This document shows positions 39,187 to 51,740 of a DNA stretch of 53,625 bases, one piece after another. Every line of letters starts with the position of its first letter. Position 1 is the first letter of the stretch. Origin of the DNA: Octopus bimaculoides (lineage: Eukaryota); assembly GCF_001194135.2 (NCBI RefSeq), contig NC_068983.1:74762306-74815930 (forward strand), read 5' to 3'. The translations under genes and the position numbers were made by a program. The notes under the pieces are model-generated. The model did no database searches, was not told the DNA's origin, and saw nothing but the letters and a program-made list of their open reading frames with translations.

Positions 39187-41502
39187 TATACACATACACG
39201 CACGAACCATACCTGTTCGCACACATATATTGTATATATACATATACAGAAACGTATATCGAAGAGTTACAATTTGTATAAAAGGCTATAGTTGCAATTT
39301 TTCATGCCTTTCTCACATGAATACGCGCGCGCCCATGCACACATACATATATATCTATATCTGCTGTCATATGTGACTATACTTTTCGATGTTTATGGTA
39401 AGTGCAAAATTGGACAGTTGCAGCAGCTAAAGATTTAACGATATTCTCACAATGCAATGAAAAACTGAAGAATACTAGGATTAGAAGAATCACGTAAAAG
39501 CGTCTTCAAAATAGTCGAGTATTTTTTAATATGCTCTTGATAATCCATACACATAACTTCGAGGTATTCTGGCTTATAAATCGCTTTCTTTATGTCACTC
39601 TTCTCTTGCGGAGTATATGTATCTATTTCTTTTTCTGTCCACCTCTCTCCCTCTCTTTCAACAATCCTTCTGTTCTTTCTCCTCGCCTCTCTCTCTCTCT
39701 CTTCCTTTCAGACATTTCTCTATTTAATTAACGTGTTTCAGTGGAACAAAATTCAAACTATGCTTATCTATATTTTACTTTGTTTTACAAGCTATGCTTA
39801 TCGTGTCTTTTTGCAGGTTTCTACTGTTTATGCGTTAATATATACGTCTTGTGCGCCTCAATGTGCGTGCCTCTACGTACGTATGGATACGTATGTATTG
39901 TCAAGTATGAAACCATATGTGTCTATATCTGTACGTGTACGTGTATATGTATATGTAATTACGCATATGTATCAGAGAATATACATACATACATACATAC
40001 ACATATATATATATATATATATANNNNNNNNNNNNNNNNNNNNNNNNNNNNNNNNNNNNNNNNNNNNNNNNNNNNNNNNNNNNNNNNNNNNNNNNNNNNN
40101 NNNNNNNNNNNNNNNNNNNNNNNNNNNNNNNNNNNNNNNNNNNNNNNNNNNNNNNNNNNNNNNNNNNNNNNNNNNNNNNNNNNNNNNNNNNNNTATATAT
40201 CTTTATATATATATATGTATATGTAAAGATATATACACACAGATGAATATATATTTATTGATATATTATGTACGTGTGTATGTATATGTATATATATGCA
40301 TATATCCATGTATATGTGATTTCTTCCACAGTAATCTATGAAGTAAGAGACAGAGAATGTTATAACGTTCATTCATTTCCACAATTTAAAACCGCATCTT
40401 ACTAAGTTCACGGAGTGATTTAATGTGATTTATAGATCTGCTAGAAACATCGACTAAATCTCTATAAAATCAGATACCGCTATTTTAAAAATAGTTAAAA
40501 TATCAACTAATGAATGTTGTCAGAACAAAAGACAGGGTGGTCACAATTAGAACCTTATGAATCGAGAATAATTTGAGGATAAGCTACAATATCAACATAA
40601 CACGGTAAAAGTTTTTGCTGTAATCGTTAAGTATTTCACTATATAGCTGTTATTGTTGTTTAGTTTCAAGCCATCCCCGATTCTGCAATAATGAAAGCCA
40701 TTTACATCGTGATTATATCACCACTCTTTCTGGTATATTATCCAACGTGTCCTCCCTTTTTAAGGAAGTAAATTTACCTACTATTATTAGTAACTCGAAT
40801 GACTATGTAACAGCTCTTTCATCCATTCTTTTGTTCTTCACTGTTTGATAAAATAAGTACCAATTGCCTTAGAAAAGATTTATTTAAATGTACCCTCCTG
40901 CACGAGGTATGTGGCCATAATATGCACAAATCCTGGCCATTACAGAGTAGCAAGAGATAAAACTTCAGGAATTTAACTTCAAAAGCTATTTTCCTTTCTC
41001 TTACAAAGAAAAGTCTTTCTGTTTACCTTTTAACGGTATTGAGAAGTGAATGACTATCATTAGGTTCACCACATTCGCATTTACGTACTACAGATCATTG
41101 TACTGTCTTACATATACTTACTGTTATCAAAATAAGGCTTTAACATACTATCCGCTGCACTGTTTGTGTTTCCCCCCGCCCCTTTAATTTTAAAGGAAAT
41201 TCTTCACCATTGAGGTTAAAATTACATGCTGGAAAATGCTTAACATACTGCATTCGCTAGCGCTCCGAGACCATCTTTTCAATTTTGATTAAATTCTATG
41301 ATGACCAATCCGTTGAAGTTAGAAGTAATATACTAAAATCTTGGTTTCCTAATACAACAGATTTGAAATTCTTCCAAGGGTGACTTTTCCTTAATATCAA
41401 TTTAATCATAAGCATTTTTGGATAGGATTATTTTCTTAAGTAAAGAAAAGTACTCTTTGAAATAATTTCATGCTGGTTATTCCCAGGTCTGTCCTATGCG
41501 AG

Positions 41503-41889
41503 AGTGGAAGCGCAATGGCCCAGTGGTTAGGGCAGCAGACTCGCGGTAATAGGATCGCGGTTTCGATTCCCAGACCGGGCGTTGTGAGTGTTTATTTAGC
41601 GAAAACACCTAAAAGCTCAACGAGGCTCCGGCAGAGGATGGTGGCGAGCCCTGCTGTACTCTTCCACCACAACTTTCTCTCACTCTTACTTCCTGTTTCT
41701 GTTGTGCCTGTAATTCAAAGGGTCAGCCTTGTCACACACTGTGTCACACTGAATATCCCTGAGAACTACGTTAAGGGTACACGTGTCTGTGGAGTGCTCA
41801 GCCACTTGCACGTTAATTTCACGAGCAGGATGTTCCGTTGATCGGATCAACTGGAACCCTCGACGTCGTCAGTGACGGAGTGCCAACAA
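41503..41889 (+). mobile_element. Full-length tRNA-derived SINE family 3 with target-site duplication
   Basis: A box TGGCCCAGTGG, B box GGTTTCGATTC, (CAA) tail; flanked by CCTATGCGAG (41493-41502) and CCTATTCGAG (41890-41899). Confidence 0.85.
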
Positions 41890-42110
41890 CCTATTCGAGT
41901 AGACCTGTAATCAACGTCGTTTCAGTTGGATCTACGAGTCTTCGTTTTTTTAAGACACGCGCACACTCACACACATATTTACAAACATATACTTAAATAT
42001 GTAGACATTTATATGCATCTATGTATAAATATACATACACAAATTATATGATCGACCGCCAGCCACTAAAGCTTTTTTTTTATTCTCTCTCTGTTTATTT
42101 TATCGTGTTA

Positions 42111-42146
42111 CTTTCTGCTGAAGAGCGTAGGCTCGAAACGTAAAAG
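42111..42146 (+). ncRNA. Variant minimal hammerhead ribozyme motif in a ~150-bp PLE-terminal-repeat-like element (42085-42240)
   Basis: CTTT-CTGCTGA-A-GAGC GTAG GCTC-GAAA-CGT-A-AAAG; same architecture as 28796-28832; element ends in (TA)n. Confidence 0.55.
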
Positions 42147-42811
42147 ACTTTCTCACCTTCCCGAGCGTTAAACTAATACACCTGTTTGTTGTTTACACAC
42201 CTGCCTTCGTCTTTTGTTTTTTTGTAAATTCCAAATATATATATATATATATATATGTCTGTGTGTATATGTGTGCTTGTAAGTGTATGTGTCTATGTTT
42301 GTGAGTGTATGGAAAGATGGATGTATACCAGTTTTCATCTCCCAAATTGTCACCCGGAGGCTATGGAACAAAATTCTGCCCCAGTGTTTGGAAGCACCAA
42401 TACATGAATATTGAATCGAGAACCACATGGGTGTATACCAAACAGCAATTTCTGCACCAACATTGCCCTGAATTTACTACGTCCGTCATCCAATCAGAGA
42501 TATAGGTTGTCAAAAAGTTTACTTAACTTCCTAGATTCTATGAAAACTTTACCGGTATAAACATGTTTTTGTAGTTCTTAATTTCCGCCAAATAGCTCCA
42601 CTTTCTTTCAAAAATAGTTTTCTGAATTTCTTTGCAAACTTTCTTCTTGTTCCATTTCCCCCTAAATATGTTACTGTTCTTTCAAAATTTTAACACACCT
42701 GAGAATAAATATGAATGCATGCGTGTGTATCTGTGTGTGTACATATGCATTACATATAGCGGGTATATATATGCATATGCATATATGTGTTTGCGAGAGC
42801 ATACACACGTG

Positions 42812-42847
<36 letters not shown>

Positions 42848-42864
42848 CATGCATATCTATATAA

Positions 42865-42899
<35 letters not shown>

Positions 42900-43539
42900 C
42901 ATGCATGCTCACCTTTATATATATAACACTCACACACACACGTATATGTTTGTATATGCATAATATATCTTTCCTTTCATGTATCTCTAAGGTGCACTGT
43001 AGGTAGTTTCTTCTCTTCATTTTCATATACAGTTTTTCTCGCCAGAAAACCACATATCGATAATCGATAAACCATTTTGAAATTGTCTTCTAATATTAAA
43101 TCCAGCTTCTGCAATGCTGTACTTTTGTGAAGATCGACCGTACCTTCTTTTATCCATTATGCTTTCATAGCATGATGTACATCTGCTTCTAATCTTTCTT
43201 ATTTCAGATGGTAAGTGCAGTGTTTTGTCTTCCTATATAATCTTTTACATGGCTTTCGTTTATCTAACATAAATTCTATCCCCCTGTTCCTACTTCAATA
43301 CGCTAGTTTCTGACATTAGTTTCTTTATACAAATTAAGAAACAGAGCTCGTCGAAATCCAGTTTAAGACACTGTTGAATAAAACTTCTCCTTTCTTGAAA
43401 CACTGCCCTTCTTTATTGATTAGGCATTAAACTTTGTTGGGGAACCTTCCACTCAATCTTATTTCTTCTCATATTCAAACTTTTCATCTTCATCAACTCG
43501 GAACAAAAGCTAACATTGCCTTTTTTTTTCATTCTTTTT

Positions 43540-43610
43540 CTCCTTCTTTTTCCTCTCATTCCTCCTCCTTATCCTCCTCCTCCTCCACCTCCTCCTCCTC
43601 CTCCTCCTCC

Positions 43611-43671
<61 letters not shown>

Positions 43672-43715
43672 TATCATCATTATCATCATATTCATTATCA
43701 TCATCATCATCATTA
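43540..43715. repeat. (TCC)n-(ATC)n compound microsatellite
   Basis: Read directly. Confidence 0.95.
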
Positions 43716-43833
43716 TAATTTTGCTTTTCATCTTTTCGGGGTCGATAAATTAAGTACCAGTTACGCACTGAGGTCGATGTAATCGACTAGTCCCCTCTCC
43801 CAAAATTCAGGCCTCGTGCCTATAGTAGAAAGG

Positions 43834-43889
<56 letters not shown>

Positions 43890-44112
43890 CATCATCATCA
43901 ATTAAGGCGGCGAGCTGCCAGAATCGTTAGCGCACTAGACGAAACGCTTAGCGGTATTTCGCTCGTCGCTACGTTCTGAATTCAAATTCCGCCGAGGTCG
44001 ACTTTGCCTTTCATCCTATTGGGGTCGATAAATTAAGTACTAGTGTACTGGAGTCGATTTAATCGACTTGCCCTCTCCCCAAATTTCAGGCCTTATGCCT
44101 ATAGTAGAAAGG

Positions 44113-44169
<57 letters not shown>

Positions 44170-44265
44170 GTTGTTGTTGTTGTTGTTGTTATTATTATTA
44201 TTATTATTCAAGGCGGTGAGCTGGCAGAATCGATAGTATGCTGGACGAAATGATTAGCGGTATTT
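43716..44265 (+). mobile_element. Three tandem SINE family 1 copies separated by (ATT)n (3' half, full, 5' stub)
   Basis: Tails GCCTATAGTAGAAAGGATTATTATT at about 43830 and 44110; heads AAGGCGG(C/T)GAGCTG at about 43905 and 44211. Confidence 0.9.
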
Positions 44266-44351
44266 AAGAAAACAGAAAGAAAAAAAATTCATGAATGGAT
44301 GTTGTTTTCACAGCGATAATGCTCTTCTCAGTACATGAGTCGTTCCAGTTA

Positions 44352-44352
<1 letters not shown>
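44260..44352 (-). mobile_element. R4/Dong-like family C 3' fragment
   Basis: Reverse complement AACTGGAACGACTCATGTACTGAGAAGAGCATTATCGCTGTGAAAACAACATCCATTCATGAATTT is identical to 10795-10860. Confidence 0.85.
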
Positions 44353-44398
<46 letters not shown>

Positions 44399-44400
<2 letters not shown>

Positions 44401-45957
44401 AAATTTTCAACATCCTATTAGTTTCGATCTCTAATCCTTGATTAGCTTTTCTGTGACTTTAACAGAAGTGTTTCTTTGTGAAGTTGTTTGTATGTTGATG
44501 GTTGTGCACGCCACCGTTCTTTCTGCCCATGGTAACGATGTCAAGACTGTTGGCTTTTATTCTCTCTGATATCATGGATGGGCATATCTCGGAGATCGAT
44601 GACGTCGTTGTTATACATGGTCATGTGTGGTTAGTGTTACAAAATCAATTGTCCTGATTTTATAACTGTTACATATTCTCCACTGAATGTATAGGTGTAT
44701 TCATTCTTTGCTTGTTCCAGACATCCAGAGACAATGAGGTCGATGGTTCCATCATATTTTTCTTAGATCCTGCATTGTGGACGTTGATTAATTGTGATAG
44801 TAATAAAATCTGTTTGCGACACTGATCTTGTGCAGCAATTATCCGACCTTGTGCCTTGACTTTCAGTTCAGTAATCTTAAGCCACATGGCTCATATCTTC
44901 ATTTCGTAATCGTGCATTACCCTGGCAACTACAAAAGATTTCTGCAAAGTCGAAGGTTGTCGCTTTCACCGAATCTGGACGTGTTTCAGTCTACTCTCAG
45001 AATTTTGGATCCTATAATATTAAACTACATGGAAAACTATTTGTGAAAAGAAAAAATCAATCTGTAACTCGCAAATTAACAATATCGTTAATCAATGTAG
45101 GAATTCTTATCAAAATGCGAGCGAAAATATATGTTTTTGTGGATAGTTAGCGGGAAAAACAACAAAAGAAATTCAATTTCTCAACTGAATAGTAGAAAAA
45201 AATAATGACAGCTTTATTTTGAACAATTTTAACGATGATTAGCGATAACAGAGACAACACGCAGAACTTCATAGTTTTCATAGTATAAAAATGAGAAAAG
45301 GAAATTGATAAGTAAAGAAGACAATTCCAGCCTTGTGGATGCCAACGCAGCCTCAAATAAATAAACTTTAGATATAAATTACCGGGAGGAAAAATATTTT
45401 TATCAACATGTGTTTTCTTTGTAAGTTTCTTTTCCATGTTGTTTGGTATCTGACATTCCTAAGCACATAGTTCTGAGTGAGTTGCTACTTTTCTTTGTAC
45501 CTCACTTTCCTATGTGATACTGACGACTGTGTACGTTGTCACTGCATTTGCATAGACGTTATACTTCTTTTGTTTGTTTCTTATTACAGACGATTCATCT
45601 TCTCAGGATCAGAAAAACTAGAGTTGTTGCTATTAGCTACTTCATCAACGTTTTTATCATTAGGGATGGCTTCCTAGGTTCATAGAAAGATCTTCCATAG
45701 TTTTAATTTAATTCTAAAATTATTTCCACCCTTTATTTGTTATGTTTGCGATTTCCTTTTTTAGACTTATATACTTATATTTTAATTATAAGACATTTTT
45801 TTTTTGTAAGGATCTGCTCGGCTTTTTGCTGGTCAGTTTTCTGTAAGAGCGCAACGGTCTTGTTTTATTGTTTCGTTGTTTTTCTTGTATTGCACGTGTG
45901 AGATCTACCTTCATGGTGTACGTTCTCAACGTCTACAATTATTTCTTTTCTGCTATT

Positions 45958-46000
<43 letters not shown>
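44399..46000 (-). pseudogene. Old degenerate R4/Dong-like element (RT remnants, zinc-knuckle region, REL) with internal deletion
   Basis: WLKITELKVKAQGRIIAAQDQ, GTIDLIVSGC..AKNEY, IKANSLDIV and EIETNRML at 44399-44890 are clear; the match beyond 45100 is weak. Confidence 0.6.
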
Positions 46001-46010
<10 letters not shown>

Positions 46011-47854
46011 TTGCATTATGAATTCTTTCTTTTAAGTGTTCTACTTGGTTTACCGATTTTCTCCTTTGAGAAAGTATCTGTTAGGATATGCTAGGCTTAA
46101 ATTGGAATTATTTTTTCTGCGAAGGATTAGCAAAATCTTGTCACATTTTCCGCTTAAAGATAATGTGAAACTGTGAAATGTGTATATAGATTATAAACTA
46201 ATTTCTTTTATACGCATTTGTCCTTTTTCCTATTTTATGCGAGAGATTTAAAGAGTAAAATTAATCTTTTTTATTTAGGTGTTATTATTTTTATAGGATA
46301 CAAGTTTATTTGCTTTTCACGGTAATATATTCTTATTTTAAGGTGTCAAATTCAATACTCTCACTTATTTTAAGCCTTTACTGAATGTTACGATTTACAT
46401 CTGTTGTTTAACCGTCTTTGTGTGGCTGGAGATTATATCTATCAAGTAAGAGCTAATATGAATGCGTATTTAGACATATTATCTCGTCGCCTAATACGAA
46501 CATTTATAATGCATGAACTGAGACAAATTTTAATAAAGATTACACGACTTTCATAGTTAAGATTTAATATTTTCGTAATTTTCTTAAGAGATATAGGTTT
46601 ATTGCTATCATCATCATCTATGCTCGTTATTCAACTTTTACTTATTAATATGCATATATTCTTTTTCGTTCGTACTCAAACACTGTCAATTTCACTTTCG
46701 TTTTCTTCTAAATATCTTGTGTTCATTAACATCCCAGTTTTCAGTGTCGATTGATACATACAGCCTAACCAAATCTATTCCTGTAATATGAAGTTTATTC
46801 CCATATTCTCCATCTCATATCTCAAGATCTGCTTTGTAAAACTGGATTACGTTCATCATACAGAATTTTATTTCTCTTTCTAAAGAGATAGTTCTTTCTT
46901 ATAAATAATTATCATTTGGAATTATGTTTCTTCATTTCGTCTTATGTTTTATAGCAGAAAGAAATTCATAGGCTTCATTCTTACCATGATTGATTTCATT
47001 ATTTTGATGCATATCTCATCTTTACTATCTTGCATTTTCTTACATAAACTCTGTGAACTTGTGGAATAATGTTTCTCTTTTGTATGATGAACAGCCTACC
47101 CTATGATGCCATAAAGTCGGATCTCACTATCAAAATCTGGTTAATTTCATTGGTAATATGTCTTTCTTTTATCCATAATTGATCTTCTATTCTGTATACT
47201 ACTTGATTCACCCTTATCTGTCTCTTGTCTACTGTACAATTCTTATTAGTATGCCCATTCTTTTAACTGCATGGTCAGTATTCATTGTGAGACACTGCAG
47301 CTCTGAGCCAAGCATCGATCACAGGCGTTTTGGATTTCAAGTGTTACCAAACTTGAAAATGTGTTTGATAAAAAGCTTTAACTTTAAATACTGTACTGAG
47401 TGATTTAGTAGAGCTTGAAAATTAGGAAGACCTGAAGGGTAGGCCGAATTGTCAACGAAGAAACGCTACGCTATGTTTTCAGAAAATTTTCGAGCCGACA
47501 TTTAGGAATTTTGAAATTCATATGGAAATCTGGAGGACATTACAATAAATAACCAGCGAAGCTTTAAAAAATAAATATAACAGAATAACATGACATATCT
47601 GGGACAGGAAATGGAAATACTGTCCCCAAAACAGCTACTGGTGTTAACGTTTATAATCATAAATCTAGTACCGAGTAAGATTTAGACCTCCTTTATAATA
47701 GGCGTCCAGGTACCAGTTGTTCAACTTATGATAAATATAAATTATCAACAATTCCAGTTTCATTGAATTATGAAGGCATGAGTGTCAGTGGTTCATTCTC
47801 AATACAATCCTCAATTATTAAGATTAGTTCATATATTTAGTCCATGAACAATTT

Positions 47855-47982
47855 ATTTCTTTATTGGCCACATGCGGCTAAACATAGAAGGGACAAACAA
47901 GAACTGACAAAGGGTTTAAGTCGATTAGATCGACCCTAGTGCTTAACTGGTACTTATTTAATCGACCCCGACAGGATGAACA
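47855..47982 (-). mobile_element. SINE family 1 3' half with 'b' tail
   Basis: TTTCTTTATTGGCCACA...GGGACAAACAAG...TAAGTCGATTAGATCGACCCTAGTGC...TTAATCGACCCCGACAGGATGAA. Confidence 0.75.
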
Positions 47983-47983
47983 A

Positions 47984-48100
47984 TTTGTAAGCGTAAAGGC
48001 TTTGTAAGCGTAAAGGCTTTGTAAGCGTAAAGGCTTTGTAAGCGTAAAGGCTTTGTAAGCGTAAAGGCTTTGTAAGCGTAAAGGCTTTGTAAGCGTAAAG
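47984..48100. repeat. Perfect 17-bp minisatellite (TTTGTAAGCGTAAAGGC) x6.9
   Basis: Six identical units plus a 15-nt partial unit, no spacers. Confidence 0.95.
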
Positions 48101-48723
48101 AAAACAAAACATTATTATTCCTTTACTCCAGTACGAGGATAATAGTATTGTAGACAACTAGGTGTTGTGGCTTTATTCTAATCTATTCTCATTCTAATTC
48201 TCCTTGGTGAAGCAGTTAGGAGAGAATCATTATGTAATTGTACATGAACAGATATTTGTTAGCGTAAGAAAATAAACACTAAATAATTCAAAACTCCCAC
48301 TCGCATTAAAGTAAATAAGCTGAAAGGAAATAGATAAGTTACCATACCAAATGCAACACTAAATTACTTTTCATCTTCCGGGGAGAGATAACGATCTTAG
48401 AATTACTTAGAAGAAGAGGGTCGGACGCAACATCCTTTTATTCTTTCTCTATTTCCAGTTTCTGTAAGTTCCAAGAATTTCAGATTCTAGCCAAATTTAC
48501 TGAATTTATTCAGTATCAATATAAATACCTCCCTTCGGGTAATTTTAGGAGAACACAAAAATGCGTGCGCACACACTAAATACATTCTCTCCTTTTCACT
48601 TCTCTCTCTCCCTCTGTTTTCTTCACATATGTGCTCGCGCACTTGTGCCCAGTATTGCATCATATATATTATATATATATATATAATATATATATACTAA
48701 TACATATATATTTATTAGTATAT

Positions 48724-48763
<40 letters not shown>

Positions 48764-49262
48764 TTGTACATATATATATTAGTATATATATTATGTATAT
48801 ATATATATGTACATTTATATGCATATGCATGTGTATATATACATATATATATATATANNNNNNNNNNNNNNNNNNNNNNNNNNNNNNNNNNNNNNNNNNN
48901 NNNNNNNNNNNNNNNNNNNNNNNNNNNNNNNNNNNNNNNNNNNNNNNNNNNNNNNNNNNNNNNNNNNNNNNNNNNNNNNNNNNNNNNNNNNNNNNNNNNN
49001 NNNNNNNNNNNNNNNNNNNNNNNNNNNNNNNNNNNNNNNNNNNNNNNNNNNNNNNNNNNNNNNNNNNNNNNNNNNNNNNNNNNNNNNNNNNNNNNNNNNN
49101 NNNNNNNNNNNNNNNNNNNNNNNNNNNNNNNNNNNNNNNNNNNNNNNNNNNNNNNNNNNNNNNNNNNNNNNNNNNNNNNNNNNNNNNNNNNNNNNATATA
49201 TATATATATATATATATATAGATATGCATTTATATATATGTTGTTGTAACGGAATATATATT

Positions 49263-49402
49263 ATGTGACAATTATTCGGTTGCCATAATAAAACTCTAAG
49301 TTTCGGATGTCGGGACAGAAACCTGCACCGGCATCTCTTCAGTTATCGAGGCAATTGAAATATGCTCGGAGTTTTATTATGGCAAGCGAATAACTGTCAC
49401 AT
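49263..49402. other. 140-bp element with 34-bp inverted arms enclosing a hammerhead-like core on the minus strand
   Basis: Arms 49263-49296 and 49369-49402 match at 32/34; inside (minus) CTGAAGA-GATG...CATC-C-GAAA-CTTA. Confidence 0.55.
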
Positions 49403-49615
49403 ATATTACAGATAAATTTCTCTATTTACATAATATCGAGATCTCTTTCATTCTTTTGTTGTCTTATCATTACTATTAATATATATATATATAGTTACTT
49501 ATATTTATGGTTGTGTATGTATACATTTATATATTTGGCTATGTATGTATTTACCATGTTTTATTATTTACAATTTTACATTATAATAATAGAATATTAT
49601 ATATTTATTGTGATA

Positions 49616-49653
49616 AAACTAGTAGTTTCGTGCGTTACGCAATCATCAGGTTT
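49616..49653 (-). ncRNA. Minimal type I hammerhead ribozyme motif with an intact CUGAUGA/GAAA core
   Basis: AAAC-CTGATGA-T-TGCG TAA CGCA-C-GAAA-CTACT-A-GTTT: stem I AAAC/GTTT, stem II TGCG/CGCA; two substitutions away from a perfect dimer-type motif. Confidence 0.6.
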
Positions 49654-51339
49654 ATGTAGTAGTAGCTACTGTTGTGTTCCACAATTGACTACTATATATA
49701 CATATCGCTCGAAAGTATACCGTGTATATATCATCTTTTTCATTTGTTCTTTCGAGATCGGTAAATAAGGTATTTGTCTAAAGCGAAAGAGTGAAGACAT
49801 TGCACGAACGTCGGGTAAATTATCTTGCGATGCCTGATATGACTCTTTGTTTTAAATTCAAATGCAGCTTAGGGATTCTAATCCAACAAATCCCCCAAAA
49901 CCAATCATTCAATCATTCATTATTATTGCTTATGATACCTACAATGGGTGCAGGAAGATTTTCACCATTTGAAACTGATGTAGAACGATGTGGCAGCGCC
50001 CGGCAGCAACACTGGCAAACCCCACAAATTATTAAGCCATAAACGAATATTGTAATGCAGCGTTCTCATCATATTAGAAAAAATGTTTTGAAAGGCAAGG
50101 CTGTATTTAAATATTTTGCATTTTATGGTTCCATTTACAAACATTAAAATTTATAAATTATGTTCTGGTAGGGTGTATATTGTCATAATTTCATGTAAAT
50201 AATACTGTATTATATCAATAGAAATTGCTAAATCTTCGCTGAAAGCTTCAATTATTATCTACTGCTGCTATAATACTCTCGAGTTAGTCGGTGTCAGTGA
50301 ACTTTTAGTAAACTAAAACCTGATTTAAAGTGACTTTCATCTAAGTTATTTACATTTCTAAATGAAAACCAAACACTAACAAAGAGACTAACAATCGTAA
50401 AATGTGCAGTCACATGAAAGGAAATGAGTACTTCGACAATAAGCAACAGTAACAGTAGCGATAACGACAAGCAGCCATATTAGTTACAACCTTAAGAACA
50501 AAAACTGTAGCAAACTAACAATAATCACAGTAAATAACAGCAACAATTAACAGCAGTACGTGCAGCAGCAAAAACAACTACTATATCAATTGCAGCGAGA
50601 GCGAAAAACACTGACAACAACCAACAACTGCTATAGCAGTCAGAGCAATAACAGCGTAACAAACTCCATAACAATAAGAATTTACAAAAGAAAAACACAT
50701 CTGCAGCAGCCAGAGCAGAAACAATAACATTCATAGCAAGTAGAGCAACATAAACAAAGATCAATAACTGCAACATCAACCACTACCTCCACCACCACCA
50801 CCATAACAACAACTGCAACAAGAACAAAAGTACCAGCAACCTTGTACATGAAGCTGCTTTACCTTATATGCCTTACATTCCGTGAATGCTTCAATCCAAA
50901 CACCTTATTAACATCACGATTATATCAGATTTATTTTTTTAAAGACATTCGCAGTTTCACATTGCAGTTATATTTATATATAAATAGTCAGTTATATTTA
51001 TATATAAATAGTCATACACACGCTCTTCTGAAAATATGCATGCATGCTTGCATGTAAACATGCAGGCACATGTATGAATAAATATAAGGAAATAAAATAT
51101 GCACAGGCACATTGACTTTTATACATTTAAACATGTTGTGTTCCAAAATACCAACAGTGTGACCATATAGTGACCATACTGTGATGTGACCATAACCTGG
51201 TCATTTGTCGTTATACTCTGATTATATGTAAGCAAACGTGTTGTTATCGCCATCGACAGTGCCCAAATCAATTATAATCGGCTAAGTTTACCATAAAAGA
51301 CTTCCCAACCATGAGCATCTGTCTTTATATAAATGTTTA

Positions 51340-51740
51340 TACAGATGAGTTTGCTTCCTACCCAAGTGGTCTTCGTTCAATGCCACTGTGGGGCACTTTG
51401 GGCCAGTGATTCTACAATAGCTCCGGGCCGAGCAAAGCCTTATAAGTGGATTTGGTAGGGTAGAGGGAAACTGAAAAAAACTTGTCGTATATATACATTT
51501 AAATGTTTATATATACCTAAATATGTATGCATGAGTAACTTTGTGTTTGTTCCTCATCATCGCTTGAAATTTGGTGTTGCTTTGTTTACGTCCTTGTAAG
51601 TTAGTGGTTCTACAAAAAGAGATCGACAGAATAAGTGCCAAGTTTAAAAAATAGGTACTGAGGCCAATTTGTTCAATAAACCTTTCAAGATGGTGTCCGG
51701 GCATGTCCGCAATCCAATAATTGAAACAAATAAAAGATAA
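51340..51740 (+). mobile_element. Diverged full-length SINE family 2
   Basis: GGCACTTTGGGCCAGTG...GGGCCGAGCAAAGCCTT...GGAAACTGAAAAAAACTTGTCGTATATA head, AT-rich middle, tail ending GAAACAAATAAAAGATAAAAG. Confidence 0.7.

Noticed and set aside
41503-41580. tRNA gene (also the heads at 16880-16945 and of SINE family 1)
   Set aside because: A and B boxes are present but I could not build a full cloverleaf; each continues into a SINE body, and the 41503 copy has a TSD
42280-42510. Tc1/IS630-type transposase remnant or host exon
   Set aside because: A single weak motif (QQFLHQHCPEF); no DDE residues, TIRs or convincing splice sites
46560-46900. APE endonuclease remnant on the minus strand
   Set aside because: EMENMGINFILQE*IWLG is suggestive, but the surrounding motifs are too degraded to support a feature
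47984-48100. CRISPR-like array (also the 21-mer at 31345-31446)
   Set aside because: Units are directly adjacent with no spacers, there are no cas genes, and the context is eukaryotic
50430-50840. Poly-Q/poly-A coding exon
   Set aside because: Degenerate CAA/CAG low-complexity tract with stops in the plus frames I read and no clear splice boundaries
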